A stretch of DNA of 64,000 bases from Paragordius varius. Taxonomy: Eukaryota > Animalia > Nematomorpha. The stretch spans positions 3,782,001 to 3,846,000 of the forward strand of contig OZ176055.1 of the NCBI GenBank assembly GCA_964247055.1, read 5' to 3'. Shown piece after piece: positions 35,908 through 48,247 of this stretch. The stretch's first letter is position 1; each line of letters begins with the position of its first letter. Under the pieces are notes generated by a model, which was not told where the DNA came from, did no database searches, and saw only the letters and a list, made by a program, of their open reading frames with translations. The translations under genes were made by a program, and so were the position numbers.

Positions 35908-36317
35908 CAATAAATGATTGTTTTTCTGTGGTTTTTGCACACCGGATTTTGGCATACTTGGCAAAATATAACTGATTTTTTGACAACAGATCTTGGACAC
36001 AAATAGAACCCTGTATAATATATAACTATATATATCTTTTTGGCACATTAATATTATTGCGTTCCAAAATCCCTTTTCTAAAGCCAAAAAAGATGATTTT
36101 GTTAATTTTTTGTTTTTCTTGCGGACTTGAGGCAAGTTTTTTACTAATTTCATCTAAAACGCCCATTAATCAAGATACCTAAATTTGTATAAAGATAATA
36201 TACCTAAAAAGGCATCAAATTCTATTTTTAAACTAATCCAGTTTACCAATGAAGGTGGGCATTTGTGTACATAATCAAATTATATATGTCATTAGTTATG
36301 ATAGAATTGAATTGTTC

Positions 36318-36725
36318 GTACCGTCCTCACATACGGATCCGAATCCTGGCCGATGTCAAAAACAAATAAATCCAAACTCATAAACGCTGAATCCAAACTA
36401 CTGAAAACAATATTATTGGCACCCAAATCCTCTAAATTCAATTATACCGAATCCATAAACCCGTACCATATACTCAATCTCAACCCCATCAACAACGTTA
36501 TCAGAAATCTCCGGTTACAATGGGCTGGACATGTTGAAAGACGGCAAGATACCCACATTCTTAAAACTATGAAAAATTACTCGGTTGAACTATCAGCGAA
36601 ATCCAATAATAAAAGACCTCGAATCGCTTGATTTAAATCTAGAATTAGCCAAATCAAGAGAAGAGTGGAAAAAACGGGTGTACCGTCATTTAATGGCGAA
36701 TCTCCATACAAATGAATGATGAGGG
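36318..36725 (+). pseudogene. RTE-clade LINE 3' fragment (post-RT region and tail)
   Basis: PVLTYGSESWPMSK...KLINAESKLLKTIL...IRNLRLQWAGHVERR...KRPR, then a short 3' end finishing in aatgaatgatgag; 5'-truncated. Confidence 0.82.
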
Positions 36726-37572
36726 TCTGGATAATTGATTTGGGCTCGGGGATAAAACGGATTTGTTGGATTGCTTGATTTTAGTAGGATTTAAGTGTTC
36801 AATCCAAACAAATAATTTTTTTGAATAAGCAGATTTTCCATTATATTAAATTCTAAATAAATTTTTCATGCGAATGAGCCGACATGGCCCGAGGAGTCAC
36901 TATCTACATTATCGCATAATCTCTGCTGCTATCAAAAGCATCTGAAAATTCTTCCATAACTCAAAAATAATTTTTCTTAACGGAAAATATTTTAAATGAA
37001 ATCTTTACAGGAAGTGAGATTAGGCAAACTTAAAAAATAAGATGTATGGTAAATCAAAAACAATTGCGCCAACCAATTCGAAATGAGAATTTTTTTCATA
37101 ACTAAATTTTATTTAAATATTTTGGTTTAATTATATAATTTTTATTGGGATAGAAGCATAAATTTAAATTAGGCCCATTCTGTTCGGTAGTTTTATAGGA
37201 ATACTAATTTAAAAATGGTGTGGGATATTTAAATACCCCAATTTGAAGTGTTAAAATATACCAAAAAATCAACATGTTTCAAAGATTAATATTTTATAAT
37301 AAGGTAAAAGATATCTATTTTTAATTATTTAAACTTTATATCATTTTATGGTATTCATGTAAAGATTTTTAATATCTTCTATTTTAAGGTTAAATTTACT
37401 TTTATTATAATAATAAATATTAATGTTTTTTATAACAAAAATTATTAAAAAATATCAAGATTATGGTGATTTAATAACAAAAGTATTATTTATTTGAAAA
37501 ATATATTATAATATGATATGAAAATCCATAGCTTGCTTTCATATTTACACCAAAAAGTATTATGATAAAGAT

Positions 37573-37599
<27 letters not shown>

Positions 37600-37609
<10 letters not shown>

Positions 37610-38110
37610 TAAACCAACTATTCTTTTAAAATAAACGCAAAAACCCATTTCACGATAAAATTTTTAATATGCTAAATTTTGACATCAAAATATATTTTCA
37701 AAAAAATGCATACTTTTAAAAAATGTAATTTTTAGCAAAATTTTGTTGAGGCGTACTTCCTTTTTAGGCATTTTGAAAACGATATAATTACGCTTAAAGC
37801 TTTTTTTACATGATTTGACGATGCTGAAAATATTTACTCAAATTCTTGATTACATCATTTGTCTTCAATTTTATGTCAAATATGTATTTTGTTTTTATAT
37901 ATATAAATTCACCAAAATTCGAAAGAAAACGAACCTTTTAAAATATTCTGAAGCGATAGAAATGGGAATCATCAAGTGTTTTTACTATATCTAAAAGCGT
38001 ATTATATTGTTTCCATCATGCATAAAAATAGTAGGAAGTACGCTTTAACATAATTAAAATTAAATTATTATAAAAGTACAATTTTTTTAAAAAAATTATG
38101 TCAAAATTTA
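37600..38110. repeat. Dispersed MITE-like repeat related to 45925-46555
   Basis: Shared blocks cacgataaaa..ttaatatgctaaattttga, gaagcgatagaaat, aaacgaacc and tttccatcatg. Confidence 0.5.
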
Positions 38111-38115
38111 TCATA

Positions 38116-39771
38116 CTAGCTGCGCTGTGACGTAGTCTCACTGATAATTATTCTTATTAATTTGCAATAAATAAAGGTATTGGAGATAAAAAAAAATAAA
38201 AACACATTTAATAAAAGAATGTTTTCCATTATTCTTTTACGGGTTTTTGCATAGGCTCAAATATTGTTTACTCGAAATTGATTATATTTAAATGCCTCTT
38301 GATTGGATTTATTTTAAGATTTTCGTTTTAAGAAATCATGGTTAAAAGTTTTATTTTGAAATTGTGTTCACACCGCTGGGAGCAAGGGATATAAAAATAA
38401 TCATTTGTGGTCTCTTTTTAAAGGTAAGTATGATATTATGCAAATTTCCCAAAAATGTGTTTGAATTAGCTACAAAACCAGGCCATTTTTGTATGGCGAG
38501 TTTTAAACCGGTAGATCCCTACCCATAGACCTATATGGAAAAAGCGCTGAGTTAAATTTTCCTTTATAGGGAAAATATTAGTAATCATCTTTGATACCAT
38601 CGTCTCATTTGTTAATCTGCCCCAACATTAAATAATCGTTATATGATGGTGTATTTTTAGGGCATAAAGGCCCCAAATTAATGGCTAATAAAAAAACACC
38701 TGTTAATTTACCTAGTTACGGGTAACATTTCATTTTAATGAGATCATATGGCTTCATAAATTTTCTGATAGCTCCAAAACAACGCGATTTCCATATAGTG
38801 GCGCAGTCTTTGGCAGTTAGCTCCCTACCCAGGGGCAGTTATAAAAAAAGCGCTGGGCAAAATTTTTGCCTTTATAAGGAATATCTGGAATTTTCATGGA
38901 TTCCATATGTTCCTATTAGTCAATTAGATTTTCTGAAAGTTATCTCCAAAAGCATGCTGTATCGATATGGTGACGCAGTTTTACGCGGTAGCCCCCAACC
39001 AGGGGCAAAACAAAAATACGCTCGATTTAATTTTTTGCCTTAATTCGGGTACCTGGAATCATGATTGATTCCATATGCTCTCGTGGGATTTTCGAATGCC
39101 TCGCAAGGGTCTAATTAAGGGATAATTTATCGAAACCGCTCTACTTAAATTTTTGCCTTTTTACGGGTAATATTTTATAAGCCCTTATTGATCTCATATG
39201 GCCTGATAAGCTTTCTAAAATTTGCCTCCAAAGTCACGCTGTATCCATATGACGGGGCAATTTGCGGTTATCTGTTTACCCAGCAGCCAATATAAAAAAA
39301 ACGCATGACTAAAATTTTTCCCTTTTAACATGGAGTGCCTAGAATTTTCGAATTTTTACGGTCTCATGCCTTGGGCGAAAAATAGATTCATAAAATTATT
39401 TTTGACTTGGTTTTTTCAAAAAAATGGCATTTTACGGGGGGAGCGGGAAAAAAGAGGGCCGTTAAAAAAGCGAGCTGACTATGTTCGGCGCCATCGAAAA
39501 AAAAGTAAAAAAAATCATATTTAAAATCGAATGGTCCAACACGTTTTCTGGAAAGTTGTCTCAAAGACACGATTTTTGTGGACTTGTGTTTTCAAAAAAC
39601 CGTTTTTTACACCGGGTGGGTCCGAACTGGGGGCCTAATAAAAAAAGGCGAAGCTATTGTCGGGGAATTCATTAATGATTATATTTTTTCGATATTTGGA
39701 TTTGAATGTGTCTACTGGTTTTTTGAAACAGATCACAAAGCCAGCATTTTCCATTTTTATAAATATATAGA
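38116..39771 (-). mobile_element. Non-autonomous Helitron, copy B (~1.66 kb)
   Basis: CTAG at 38116-38119, TC start at 39771-39770, A|T insertion, colinear with copy A. One arm of the 3' hairpin is deleted (ctagctgcgctgtgacg). Confidence 0.85.
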
Positions 39772-39956
39772 TTATGACCCTCGTTTAGATTTGTTAGGAG
39801 ATTGTTTTTATGAAAATATTGTACTTTTATTGATGGCATAGGACAAAATATAAAGGTGGAAAAATAATATTCTGTTAACTAATATTTTAATACTATTTGT
39901 AATATATAAAACATTGAATAATGCTGCTTTTATTTTTATCAAATTTTTTTGGTACA

Positions 39957-42307
39957 TCTATCTATTTATAATAAATGGGACATGCTAGCTTTGTAATATG
40001 TTTTCGGAAAACCGGTAAACCACTCTAATGCAAATGTCTAAAAAATATAATCATTAATGAATGCCCTGACAATAGCTTCGCCCTTTTTTGAATTAGGCCC
40101 CCGATTCGCGCCCACTTCATGTAAAACGGGTTTTTTCGAAAACACAAGTTCAAAAAAATGGTGTCTGTGAGACATTTTTATGGAAAAAGTGTTGGACCAT
40201 TCGATTTTAAATATGATTTTTTTTACTTTTTTTCGATTGCGCCGAACATCGTCGGCTCGCTTTTTAATTTAGGCCCTTTTTTTACCCGCTCCCCCCGTAA
40301 AATGCCATTTTTTTCAAAAAATATAAGCCCACAAAAATAATTTTTTGAGTCTATTTTTCGCCCAAGGTATGAGACTGTAAAAATTCAATATTCCATGTAT
40401 TCCCTGTTAAAAGGCAAAAATTTAGTCGAGCGTTTCTTTTATATTGGCTGCCGCGTAAGCAGAAACCCGCTAAAAACAGACCCGTCATATTGAAATAGAT
40501 GCTTGGGGCTAAATTTCAGAAAGCCTATCAGGCCATATGAGTTCAATAGCTGCTTAAAATATTACCCAACAAGGCAAAAATTTAGATCGTGCGGTTTTTT
40601 AACATTAGCCGTTTAGGCCCTTTACGCCCTGAAAAATGCGCCACCATACAATTATTTTTTAGTTTTGAGACAATTTTTCCAAAAATTAAGGAGAGCATAT
40701 GGAATCAATTATGATTCCAGGTATTCTCCGTGAAAAGGCATAAATTTTAATCAAGCGCTTTTTTTGTATCAGCCTCTGGGTAGGGAGCAACTTGCCTAAA
40801 ACTGCGCCACCATATCCAAATTGCGTTGTTTAGAAGTTAATTTTCAGAAAACTTATTAGGTCATATTAATTTAATAAGGGCCTGATATATCACCCGTAAA
40901 AATGCAAAAATATAAGTCGAACGGTTTTTTAAATTAGCCGTTATAGGCCCTTTACACCCTAAAAAATGCGCTATCATTGAGCTATTATTTAGTTTTGAAG
41001 CCATTCTTCCAAAAACTATTAAGAAATAAAGAAATGCTGATTCCATGTATTCCCCTATAAAGGAAAAATTTTTTGAAAATCTTTTTTATATTGTCCTCTG
41101 GATAGGGGGCCACCCGCCAACAACTGCGCCACCATATCGATACAGCGTGACTTTGGAGGAAAATTTTTTAGAAAACTTTTCAGGCTATATGAGTTGGCTT
41201 GAATTATTACCCCTAAAAAAGCAAAAATTTAAGTAGAGCGGTTTTATTAAATTACCCCGTAATTAGGCCCTTTTTCTGAAAATAAGCCACCATAAAATAA
41301 CTTTTTGGTTTTGAGGCAATTTTTAAAAATCCCACGAGAGCATATGGAATCAATTATGACTCCAGGTATCCGAATTAAGGCAAAATTTTCAATTGAGCGT
41401 TTTTTTTGGTTTGGCCCCTGGCTAGGGGGTTACCCGCATAATACTGCGTCACCATATTGTTATAGCATGTCTCTGGAGCCAAATTTCAGAAAACTTATAG
41501 AGAAACATATGGAATCCAAAATAATTCCAGATATTCCCCATATAAAGGCCAACGCTTTTTTATACCTGACCCTGAGCTAGAAGCCACCCCCCAAAAGCGC
41601 CACTATATAGAAATTGCGTTGTTTTGGGGATAATTTACAGAAAATTTATGAAGCCATAATAGCTTAAAAGCTAAAAATATTACCCGAAACTAGAGGAAAA
41701 GGTCAGGCTTTTATATTAGCCTTTAGTTTGGGGCCTTTATGCCCTAAAAATACACCATCATATAACGATTATTTGGTGATGAAGTATTTTTCAAATAACC
41801 CATGAGATGATGGTATCAAAAATGATTCCATTGGCCCTATGAAGGCAAAAAATTTTCCTCAGCGCTTTTTCCATTTTATGGGTAGGGGTCTACCGATTTA
41901 AAACTGAGACGCCATAAGAAAATGGCCTGGTTTTGGAGCTAATTCAAACACATTTTTGGGAAATTTGCATAATATCATACTTACCTTTAAAAAGAGACCA
42001 CAAATGATTATTTTTTATATCCCTTGCTCCCAGCGGTGTGAACACAATTTCAAAATAAAACTTTTAACCATGATTTCTTAAAACGAAAAGCTTAAAATAA
42101 ATCCAATCAAGAGGCATTTAAATATAATCAATTTTGAGTAAACAATATTTGAGCCTATGCAAAAACCCGTAAAAGAATGATTAAAGACATTCTTTTTATT
42201 GAATATGTTTTTTATTATTTTTTTATCTTCATTACCTCTATTTATTGCAACTAATTAAAAATAATCGATGAGACTACGTCACAGCGAAGCGTGACAGGGC
42301 CAACTAG
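39957..42307 (+). mobile_element. Non-autonomous Helitron, copy C (~2.35 kb), inverted relative to B
   Basis: Starts tctatctattt...; ends with intact hairpin GTCAC-AGCGAAGC-GTGAC then agggccaaCTAG|T (42304-42307). Carries more internal subrepeats than A or B. Confidence 0.88.
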
Positions 42308-42410
42308 TATTTTAATATTTACAATTTAATTTTATAATATTAGCGTAACAATCATTTTATTATTGATTGTTTATAACTTACATTATTAATTGCTCTTTAA
42401 AATTTAAAAA

Positions 42411-43557
42411 ATGAAACGCATATCGTCTGTTGTATTAAAAAATAATTCAAAAAAACAAAAAATATCTCAAAACACGGCATCCAAAATTGAAAGTAAACTG
42501 ACAAAAGCAAAAGACAAACAGTCAACCGATAGCAAAAAAACGGAAAACCATCGCAGAAAAATGAGATGGCAAAATAACAATATTAAGGGAAAAAGTTTAA
42601 ATAAACCAAGTACTGTAACGAAACCCAAGAAATCGGTAGAAAATAAAATCGAGAAAGTTTTAAGAAGTCCAAAAACAAAAGCAGAAACTTCAAAACGGAA
42701 CATGAAAGAGACTTGCACCAACAAAGTTATCAAACATAAAAGTCATCAATCAAGCAAAAACAATGGCTCCAAAGTGAATCGCAAGGATGAAATACCTAAT
42801 AAGAAGGAAAAAGAAAGGAAAATTTCCAATAAACGTGTAATGGAAGCTATGAAAAATGTAAAAGGAGGCAATAAGAGATTAAAAGCTGAAAATATACCTT
42901 TGGAAATTAAAACATCAAATTTAAACTTAAGTATTCTATGTCAAAATAACTCGATTTCAGAGTTAAAGATGGAGAAAAAAATCGATAATACCATAAGTGA
43001 ACATATTAGTATAACTAATAAGGATGGGAGAGACACTGCTATACGAATTGTGCGAAAAACGAATATATTACCTAAACAACAAATAGTGAAAAATGATGAA
43101 ACCCCAAGAAGCGAAACTAATTCTCTCCACAGTAGAAGTGAGGTCAGGCAATCTATTGCCAATCGAGTCCCAGGTTATTATACCCATAGAGTTATTAGCG
43201 GAAAACCTGCACCCTATCGTTCGTGCGTTTGGCGAACTCGATCTGCAGATGCCCGCAAGTCATCGCCAATGCCAAGAATGAAAAAGCTAAATATCTTGTG
43301 TTCAAAGTACGATCTTTAAAATTATAAACTTATTCAATAACATATCATTTTTAAACTACACTAACTATAGATGTAAATGTGCGTACTTTGGAAATTCTGA
43401 TTCAAACGATGATCTTCCGTACATTAGAAGGAGAAGAGGTAGAATTTTTACAGAACCCGTACCTATCTGTCCATTGCCTGGCCAGGAAAACAGTCATAAT
43501 CTGCCAGAAATAATGGGTCCCAATTGCTTGGCCCCTATATTTTCTTCCCACTTTTAA
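42411..43557 (+). CDS. Lys/Ser-rich basic hypothetical protein, 2 exons, ~360 aa
   Basis: 302-codon ORF from a true ATG. A 64-nt GT-AG intron (43307..43370, with CTAAC just before TATAG) joins it to a further 61 open codons ending TAA at 43557. No family recognised. Confidence 0.65.
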
Positions 43558-43689
43558 GGTATACTTTATTCTAATTAAAAAACTGATTACTTTTAATTAA
43601 GCAATAATGTCAACAACTTAAGATATTATAAATAATTGCATGCGATTCATATTAAAGCAATTAAATTTTGAAGTATGCCGTTATTATTA

Positions 43690-44260
43690 GATAACCTAAC
43701 CCAACAACAATCAAATATCAATAATTTAGAGCATTTTAATTTTTATGGATATCTCACAAACACAACCAGACAGTACCTCGGTTTATACTATTACCAAAAA
43801 GTAACATATTCTTATTAAACCACCACAATATTGTGAAATCAATGTGTTCTTACATAAAAAACCATATATACGGATGGATATATTGATATTATTGCTAAGA
43901 CAAACATCAATCATCTAATAACTAAATAGATGAAATTAAGTCAAAATTCGTAGCTATTTACAACAATGTATTGAATAATATCTCCTGCTTCTATCAGTGG
44001 TCCTCCCTTCATTATTGTCAAAAACGATCACAAAGTATAGAAGACAAACAATAAGCCACCGACTTAATAAAAATAAGAATAACAAGTAAGTAAAAGTTTC
44101 CATGTCAATCGTTGTATGGAAAGTAAAAAACATCAATAAATATCCAACAAATATTCAAAAAGTTCTAAAAGACAACGAATAACTCATATTTTATTAATTG
44201 ATAAAGAAGTCAACAATATCAGCATCAGGGGTAAAACCAGGTCATTCAATCTAATTTGAT
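43690..44260 (+). pseudogene. Possible heavily decayed LINE reverse-transcriptase remnant
   Basis: A/C-rich strand bias and faint RT-like words (F.DIS.., I.GPP, Y.D). Too degraded to assign a clade. Confidence 0.25.
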
Positions 44261-44949
44261 AGTTTCAGTCTGCAGATATCTTAAAATCATGCCTCATACA
44301 ACTATACGCAGAATTTTTGGCTGGCATAAATAATCGTAATAAAAGCGAAGTATCATTATCGTTCATCTACCAAACCCAATTTTAAATGGCTTTGCCAATT
44401 TACATTTACTATTTACAAAAAACCGTTGTGTGCATATTACAATCCTTATAAAATTCTTACCATTTATTGCAGACCAAGCTGCAGGAAATTATGTAAAAAT
44501 TCATTAAAAAAATAAAAAAAAATAAATATTAAATATCATCTAATATATTTGGATTATTTATGCAGATGTGGTATCTATATGTAATACTTTTAAAATATTC
44601 TATATTTTCTAATTTCGATTAAGAAAGAAAGGGCATTATAGAATTATGGTATCATAGATACTAAGTTAAATATAATATTAGCATGGCAATTTAGTCGCCT
44701 CTTTTTAAAAATGTTAAATTGTAAAAAATTTACATCTTAACTTTTTACAGCAGTACTTTTTTAACATTTTTGGTTTATAGTAAAACCTGGCAAATATATT
44801 ATGTTAAAAGTAAAGCTGAACTGAGGGGCATTTAGAAAAGGCTTAGTCACTTTCAGCGCAATTGCAAAGCAATCAAAAAAACTTTATTTAAACTGACTGT
44901 GTCCACACATTTTTTGATATCGTGTGCCAAAGCCAACAATTGTTAAAAA

Positions 44950-45263
44950 ATGTCATTTCATAGGTGTGGGAATAAACTTGACTGATTAAAAAAATGGGCT
45001 TGTCACCCTCTGTGCATTTATAAAACATTATGAGAAGTACACTATTGTAACTGAAAATGACCCTGACCCACACGTTTTTTGGAAACGTCGACTTACAATT
45101 TTAGGGACTTTCATTTTTAAAACACCCGATTTTTACATGGGGTGGCGGCAAAACTTTGGCCCAATTCAAAAAGGGCTTTGTCACTGTCGGTGTATTAATA
45201 AATGATTAAATAATTTTTACTGTGGAATCGGCCCAACTCACACCACTTATATTAATATATAGA
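44950..45263 (-). mobile_element. Diverged Helitron-family 5'-terminal fragment
   Basis: acatggggtggcggcaaaactttggcccaattcaaaaagggc...ctgtcggtgtattaataaatgatta...atatataGA parallels the terminal ~170 bp of copies A, B and D. Confidence 0.45.
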
Positions 45264-45924
45264 TAGATATAAATTGTGTTTTTTCACCGAAAATCGAAAG
45301 TAATCGAATGTTTAAATTAAAATTCAGTGAATAGAAAGTCAGCATCATTGAATTATATGGGAAAAGTGTTTTTAAAATATTTAATGTTTTTATACCTCTC
45401 CATCATACCTCTAATACTATGAAGTATGCTCCCACAAAATTTTGCTCAAAAATTTAAAATATGCTTTTTTGAGATATGGTTAGGAAATCAAAATATAGCA
45501 TATATTTAAAATTTTATTGCGCAAACTCTGCAGCGTTTAAGTAAAGAGAATTACCATTATAGAAAAGCGAGAAGATTTGGGACTTTCGGAGCGTACATGT
45601 TGAAATTAAAATGATTTTTGTTTTTTAAATATATAACATATGATATATTTTGGCATTTGGCTTTCGCCAAAAAAATATTGTTTAAAAAATGTGCGCAAAT
45701 TTTGCTACTTTTTGATATGGAGGACTTACCATAAAAGGGTTCAAAACTATCTTAAATCACTCATAAGTGAAAAAATTAAAAACACCATGATAATACTGAC
45801 ACATTTCTCTACCAGAATATATATTTGATCAGGCCACCCGATTTCGGGCACAATGTATATAATCACGTAGGATGAATGATTCGTTTCAAAAAAATATCAT
45901 TAAATTTATTATGAACTAGATATA

Positions 45925-46555
45925 AAACGCAAAATATTATTTTTATGTAGGCTTTGAAAATCCCAAATTTTTGCCTGGTTCAATTAAAATAAAAGCAAAA
46001 ATGCCATTGCACGATAAAAATTATAATATATGCTAAATTTTGATATCAACTAAAAATATTTAGCAAAGTTTTTTGAACCTAGCTCATATAAGTTTAAGAC
46101 ATGATGGAAACGTTATAAAACGTTTTAGGACATAACAAAAATACCTTTCCCAGATAATCATTGCTGAATGTTTCAAACTCATAGTTCCAATTAAAATATT
46201 CGTGTTTTAAGTTAATATACAAATGGTGTTCTTTTTACGAAAATTCACCAAATATTGATAGCAAACGAACCCCTAAAAGATTTGGAAGCGATAGAAATAC
46301 CTTTTCCATCAGCCTCAAAATACTATAAAGTACACTTAAACACAATAATAATTAAATTTTTAAAAAATGTATGCATTTTTATAAATATTTTTAGCAGATA
46401 TCAAAATTTAACATATAATTAAAATTTTTATCGCGCAATATCGGCATTCATTTATTTTAAGAGAACTAGCCGATATTAAAATAGCGAAACATTTTGGCAT
46501 TTTCGAAACCCAAGTCTAAAAATTAGAGTTTTGTAAAAATATTGTTTTGCCTTTT
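45925..46555. mobile_element. MITE-like element with long imperfect inverted arms
   Basis: aatgccattgcacgataaaaattataatatatgctaaattttgatatc (~46000-46048) is inverted at ~46398-46448, and the arms extend outward. TSD not resolved. Confidence 0.5.
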
Positions 46556-47028
46556 CGTAGTTTTTCATATATTATATGATATTGGTATAGACCAAGCTTT
46601 TACCAAACAATGTGGGTTCGCTTTTTACTGATATGCAACAATGCCACAAAAGTCTAAAACAAAATGATATTCCTGATAGATTTTCATATATATTTTATAG
46701 ATTTTTTTTATACACCCAATTTTGGACGCAGTTTGATAGCTGGATATTTTTTTGTAACCATGCAGACAAGATAGTTCGATGTAATGAGCATGATAAAAAA
46801 AGTGTTAACATATATTCTAAAATAGGCATCAAGGTTTTCAAACTTTTTTTGATTTTGTCGCCTAAAATCTTTTTTTAATAATCATAATCACAAGTATTTT
46901 ATAATTTGCTGTTTAGATTAAACTTACTTAATGATTTATATCCAAATATTCAATATTATTATTTTGAATTTTTAAAATATAACTTATTATTTACTCCACA
47001 TTTTAACACTCTTTACAGATTTTCAGGC

Positions 47029-48207
47029 ATGGGTATAATACGAGATTTTCTTCGATATGAACCTGGACCAAGATTTAATGTATTATGCGGTCCAAAGGGA
47101 AATATTAAATTAATAAATAACACAAATTGTTTATGTCCTATATCTGAAGATATATGTGGTTATGATCTTAAAACATTTGAAAGAGTTTTTACAATTAATA
47201 TTTAGAATCTAACATTAAACGGTGAAGAATCTGAAGTTACCCAAATCGCTATATACAATCCAAAAAAGTATGTTGCCGCTGGAACAACTGATGGAAAAAT
47301 CAATATATATCAAGATATTCTACATGATTTTAATAGTAACCTATCTTTTCATGGACATAAATCAGCAATTACTGCTTTGAATTTTGATTCGTTTGGATCT
47401 AGACTTGTAGCTGGATCTTTGGTATGTAGCTTTTAGAAATTTAGGATTCACATATAACTTTATGGGATTTAGTCAGTGAAACAGGAATTCTGAAATTTAA
47501 AGGTCACAAAGGTCCTATCACTCAATGTTTATTTTTACAAGACAACCCACATTACGATGCAATGAATTCTGACTGTCCAGAAAATACTATTATATCATGT
47601 TCCAAAGATGGTATGATAAAATTTTGGAACATAACTTTACAACATTGTTTTCGCACGGTAATATGTGATGGAAACGATATTTCCACTTCCAATAACATTG
47701 AATGTTATGATATTTTATTAATCCCTCCAAATCTGTCCAAATTTGCTACCCTAGCAGACAATTTTAATAAGGAAGATGTTTGTCCAAATTATCGGTTATT
47801 ATCGATATCCTCAGACAATTATATTCGATGTTGGGATATATCTCAGAATCCAAAAGTAAAATTAACATTTACCGCAGATGCCAAATAGTTATTGTATTGG
47901 ATATATACATTAATGAATATGTATTTTTTTTATCAAAATTTCATTTTCCAATTTTAATTCAAAGGCTAAATCATTTTGATATTTATTTTGAAAAAGATAC
48001 AATACATGTTTTTTATTTTTCTAGAACAATACAACACTTTACACACCAGGAGAAGGGGGAGAGTTTGATTATATCAATGTGGATTATGTTGGAAAAATAT
48101 TGAGAAACTCGAAAAATTTTGGGATGCGTTTCGTAATCGATCCTAATCATAAATATATTGGTTAAAAACTATATTAATTTTTAATGTAAATATTTTTTAA
48201 CCTTATT

Positions 48208-48247
<40 letters not shown>

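Noticed and set aside
47185-47205. Alternative genetic code (TAG/TAA read as Gln) instead of micro-introns
   Set aside because: Four of six micro-introns shift frame, removing them restores exact colinearity, and TAA is used as the normal stop in UBXN4, RBM7 and WDR3.
47856-47877. Possible third WDR3 micro-intron GTAAAATTAACATTTACCGCAG (22 nt)
   Set aside because: Using it gives MPNSYCIGYIH* with no phase-0 donor before the stop. The 169-nt intron to 48024 fits instead, although it could be a cryptic acceptor.
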